Assembly (NCBI GenBank): GCA_950097015.1
Contig: CATNEN010000041.1
Location: 1,984,001-2,048,000 of the forward strand
DNA length: 64,000 nt
Direction: 5' to 3'
From: Macrostomum hystrix
Taxonomy: Eukaryota > Animalia > Platyhelminthes
In this document: one piece after another, positions 59,727 through 64,000 of the stretch
Layout of the letters: every line of letters starts with the position of its first letter
How positions within the stretch are numbered: the stretch's first letter is position 1
Notes under the pieces: model-generated
Database searches by the model: none
What the model was told of the DNA's origin: nothing
What the model saw: only the letters and a program-made list of their open reading frames with translations
Made by a program: the position numbers and the translations under genes

Positions 59727-61291
59727 AAGCTAATGCATCACAGGTGAGGGAGTAAGAAGCTAATGCAGCACAGGTGAGGGAGTGGGAAGCTAATGCAGCA
59801 CAGGTGAGGGAGTGGGAAGCTAATGCAGCACAGGTGAGGGAGTGGGAAGCTAATGCAGCACAGGTGAGGGAGTGGGAAGCTAATGCAGCACAGGTGAGGG
59901 AGTAAGAAGCTAATGCAGCACAGGTGAGGGAGTGGGAAGCTAATGCAGCACAGGTGAGGGAGTGGGAAGCTAATGCAGCACAGGTGAGGGAGTGGGAAGC
60001 TAATGCAGCACAGGTGAGGGAGTGGGAAGCTAATGCAGCACAGGTGAGGGAGTGGGAAGCTAATGCAGCACAGGTGAGGGAGTGGGAAACTAATGCAGCA
60101 CAGGTGAGGGAGTGGGAAGCTAATGCAGCACAGGTGAGGGAGTGGGAAGCTAATGCAGCACAGGTGAGGGAGTGGGAAACTAATGCAGCACAGGTGAGGG
60201 AGTGGGAAACTAATGCAGCACAGGTGAGGGAGTGGGAAACTAATGCAGCACAGGTGAGGGAGTGGGAAACTAATGCAGCACAAGTGAGGGAGTGGGAAAC
60301 TAATGCAGCACAGGTGAGGGAGTGGGAAGCTAATGCAGCACAGGTGAGGGAGTGGGAAACTAATGCAGCACAGGTGAGGGAGTGGGAAACTAATGCAGCA
60401 CAGGTGAGGGAGTGGGAAGCTAATGCAGCACAGGTGAGGGAGTGGGAAACTAATGCAGCACAGGTGAGGGAGTGGGAAGCTAATGCAGCACAGGTGAGGG
60501 AGTGGGAAGCTAATGCAGCACAGGTGAGGGAGTGGGAAGCTAATGCAGCACAGGTGAGGGAGTGGGAAGCTAATGCAGCACAGGTGAGGGAGTGGGAAAC
60601 TAATGCAGCACAGGTGAGGGAGTGGGAAACTAATGCAGCACAGGTGAGGGAGTGGGAAACTAATGCAGCACAGGTGAGGGAGTGGGAAGCTAATGCAGCA
60701 CAGGTGAGAGAGTGGGAAACTAATGCAGCACAGGTGAGGGAGTGGGAAACTAATGCAGCACAGGTGAGGGAGTGGGAAACTAATGCAGCACAGGTGAGGG
60801 AGTGGGAAGCTAATGCAGCACAGGTGAGGGAGTGGGAAGCTAATGCAGCACAGGTGAGGGAGTGGGAAGCTAATGCAGCACAGGTGAGGGAGTGGGAAGC
60901 TAATGCAGCACAGGTGAGGGAGTGGGAAGCTAATGCAGTACAGGTGAGGGAGTGGGAAGCTAATGCAGCACAGGTGAGGGAGTGGGAAGCTAATGCAGCA
61001 CAGGTGAGGGAGTGGGAAACTAATGCAGCACAGGTGAGGGAGTGGGAAGCTAATGCAGCACAGGTGAGGGAGTGGGAAACTAATGCAGCACAGGTGAGGG
61101 AGTGGGAAACTAATGCAGCACAGGTGAGGGAGTGGGAAACTAATGCAGCACAGGTGAGGGAGTGGGAAAATAATGCAGCACAGGTGAGGGAGTGGGAAGC
61201 TAATGCAGCACAGGTGAGGGAGTGGGAAACTAATGCAGCACAGGTGAGGGAGTGGGAAGCTAATGCAGCACAGGTGAGGGAGTGGGAAGCT
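59727..61291. repeat. 30-bp satellite CACAGGTGAGGGAGTGGGAA(G/A)CTAATGCAG
   Basis: About 52 near-perfect copies; explains spurious ORFs 59738-61351. Confidence 0.99.
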
Positions 61292-62811
61292 ATTTAGGGG
61301 GTTCAGCAGGCCAGGCCCTTCAGCAGCTCCCCAGCCAGCCGGACGTCGCATGCTCTAGCGGCTCTAACAGGCCGAGGCGAGTCGTCTCCCCACCCCCCTG
61401 AGGCGCTTATCTAGTTATTCTGTTAGCTGTCGCCTGCTCTGTAGCCACCCTTGACTTTTCTTTTTCATCTCAATTGAGCAGTGGCCTTCCATCCCCATCC
61501 CTTTGACGATTGAAGTTTAATTGATAACAAGTTTAATAATATTCAAATCCGCAGCTACCCCGTGCTACTGTTTTTATTAGCACTAGATTCATAGATGCGT
61601 CTTTGACTCATTACGGTTACACTGCTATGCTCTTTGCTTTTCTCACTCAATAATCTGCGAAGAGGCTGGCCTGGGGTTGCTTCACTTCCCGTGTTCGCTG
61701 GGTGCTTCATGGATTGATGTCGCGACTTGGGAACCGGCCAGGGTTCGACCCATACCGCCTGGTCGAACGTCTGCCCTCAGCTGTTTGGAATGTAGTGACT
61801 GGCGCATTCAGCCCTTCATCCAGAGGAGCAGCTCTGCTTGTTCTTCCAGCGCGACTTACAGGGTGGCTTTGTTCCAGCCCGCAGTGCCTTCTGTGCGTTA
61901 GTGTGCTCTGGCTTAGTCTCACTGTGAAATGAAGCGCTAAACCCAGCTGTTCTGCGAGCCAGTGTTTCTCTCATTTGAGAACTCTTCGATTCGCCCCACT
62001 TCTAATGACTTTGTTTTCTTTATCTCTTTTTCCTGCGGTCCCTCCTGGTTCACCACGCTCTTCTTTTTATCCGTTTTTAAGCAAGAATTCTGCTATCACT
62101 CTGTCCGCCAGTCAGTCTGGGATATTACACCTGTTGTTGCTGGGCCGAAGCAACTCTGACGCGAAGCTTTTTGTTTATTTAATGGTTGCGGCTTTTTTCT
62201 GCTCTTTGCATTCTAAAATGAATAGATCTGATAAAAATGTTCCTGATGCATCGGTTATTTCTGTTGGAGCTCGTTTCTGGGGCCTAAATTAGACGATACG
62301 ATGGTCAGTTTATCTACAGAAGTCTGTACAGAAGCAGCTCTTGGTGAAAAAAAAAGCAAATCAAGAATAAACAATGACGCTCTAATGCAGTAAAAATACT
62401 GCAAAATCATGTACCCTAAGCTTATATGTATTATGATAAATCATCTCAGAAATTAAAAATTCAGTAGTTAGTTGTACTAGAATCCAATCTCATGGTCCTT
62501 GGAAAAAATATTACGGTTATGTTTCCCAGAAGCATAAAAAATAGTAAATAATTGGAGCGTAAAGTTATAATATGTACATGTACTGCATGGGTAAATAAGG
62601 CGAAGTGCATACGGCGTACCTCTTGCTAAGGCGATTTGATTCAAGTGACTAGTTTAAAGTTTGGTTCAAACTTTAACTTTTTAATCATAACTATAAATCG
62701 CGTGAAGTCAGCATTTACAAGCAATGCAACAAAGAATAAACGCACAAGTTCAGCAAAACAAGTAGTACATAGAGTGGAAGGCTCTTCAGAGAACTTCAGA
62801 GTACGCCAACA

Positions 62812-63122
62812 GAGGTTGTAGCCTAGTGGTTAGGGCGTCGGACTCACGACTTGAAGGTCGGGGGTTCGATTCCCGACTCCCCTGAAACAATTTGTGTCCT
62901 TTAGCAAGACACTTAACTCTGCATTGCTTCAGTTCACCCAGCTGTTAAATGGGTACCAGCATCAGCTGGGATAATTGAAGGTGGGTGTGGCGTCCCCCCA
63001 GTCCATGGACTGAACAGCTGTACGCAGCCTTCAGATGCGCCGCGCATTAGCTGCGGCTGTGCTGTCGGCTGCACATCTGACCCAATTGGGGCAGGTGTAA
63101 TCAAAAAATCAAAAAAAAAAAA
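62812..63122 (+). mobile_element. tRNA-derived SINE with CORE-like central domain
   Basis: A box TAGCCTAGTGG (~62819), B box GGTTCGATTCC (~62863), TGTGTCCTTTAGCAAGACACTTAACTCT..CTTCAGTTCACCCAGCTGTTAAATGGG (~62893-62952) resembling the CORE domain, A-rich tail at ~63104-63122. Confidence 0.8.
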
Positions 63123-64000
63123 TCAGAGAACAGCTCAAGCATCATGCTTTTTAGCACTTGAATGCAAGTTTGAGAAGATCATTTAATCATTAATTTTCAG
63201 GTGTATTATAAAAATGATTATTTAGGTGCCTGCTGGTAATTTTCTGTTCCAGAATTAAAATTAAATCATTTTTTGCTTCACTGACATAGTTTCGTGCGCT
63301 TTTTAAAAAATGCTCTGCTGTTTTTAGCACATTTAACGACACATCATGTTCTGGTATTTTCTTGGCAACGTCAGACACAGTAAATGAAAGTAAAAAAGCG
63401 TTTCAGGCATTCAGGCTATAGAATGTAATAATCTACTGGTCAGACGCATATCTTCGAGATTTAGTATAGTGTGAAGTGTGATGACTATATTTTTAACTTG
63501 TGAATGTGTATGTTTACTGAGTCATTGCTACGTCTAAAAGTACAGATAGTGGCACAATACTATTCATAATCATAGTCAGTGCAGCTTAGAGAGCAAAATA
63601 TATATTTAATAAGAAATATTGCCTTATAGCTAGCTAATAAGCTACAGCCTTATTGTGATTGTGATTGTGATTGTTTTACATTTTTAAGTACTGCATGCAG
63701 GTTAGCTCAAATTTAGATAAATTATAAACAATTTTTCTAAGTCTAAAGTCATAAGGAGTTGCAGTTGCAGGTTTTTGCTTTTTAATGGCTTTTCAGATTG
63801 ACTAACTATTTTTAGTTAAATTTAATTGTTGACAAGCTAGTAGCTGGTGTAGGCCTATGCTAGAATTTTCCTGGTGGAATTAAACTGACACCAGCAGCCA
63901 TCTTACTGTAATACTGACTATGGTAGTTAGGTAGGCCTACCTTCAATTGCACACAAGTGCAAAATAGCACCAAACACAAGTTGGCACATGCCTATCTACA

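Noticed and set aside
897-61291. Regular arrays resembling CRISPR
   Set aside because: Units are head-to-tail with no unique spacers, there are no cas genes, and the context is eukaryotic.
3105-61351. Long ORFs made of repeats (SQSV, LLSSP/EERRG, IPRFPD/GSGNRG, CQMSL, CCISFPLPHL, VREWEANAAQ, etc.)
   Set aside because: They are translations of tandem repeats, open in several frames and on both strands, with no coding context.
61650-61930. GC-richer segment with a B-box-like GGTTCGACCC
   Set aside because: No convincing A box, tail or TSD.
62812-62885. tRNA gene
   Set aside because: A and B boxes are present but I could not pair an acceptor stem, and the sequence continues into a CORE-like body and A-rich tail, so it is called a SINE.

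Overview
Eukaryotic (metazoan) genomic DNA with short GT-AG introns, GC-rich exons and many mini/microsatellites; the style suggests a free-living flatworm such as Macrostomum (inference, no search run). Genes in order: a multi-exon plakin-family gene (SH3-type plakin segment plus plectin repeats, + strand, 5' end probably outside the window); a cyclin G/I-like gene; two tandem single-exon class A-like GPCRs, almost identical in their 5' halves and upstream DNA but clearly divergent in their 3' halves; a head-to-head inverted pair of secreted signal peptide-PAN/apple-like-ALK/LTK-type glycine-rich genes (second copy frameshifted); a decayed kinase and retroelement debris between them; an intact ankyrin-repeat Ser/Thr kinase; a frameshifted membrane-protein gene; and an intronless DNAJC14-like gene whose J domain lacks HPD. 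Mobile elements include RTE-like and I/Jockey-group LINE fragments, an Ngaro/DIRS-like gag, a hAT-type MITE with 8-bp TSD and a tRNA-derived CORE-like SINE. The most unusual observations are the mosaic GPCR pair and several tandem arrays built from splice-signal sequence, including a 43-bp array that is an amplified 3' splice site plus exon start. Repeat boundaries are approximate (read by eye).
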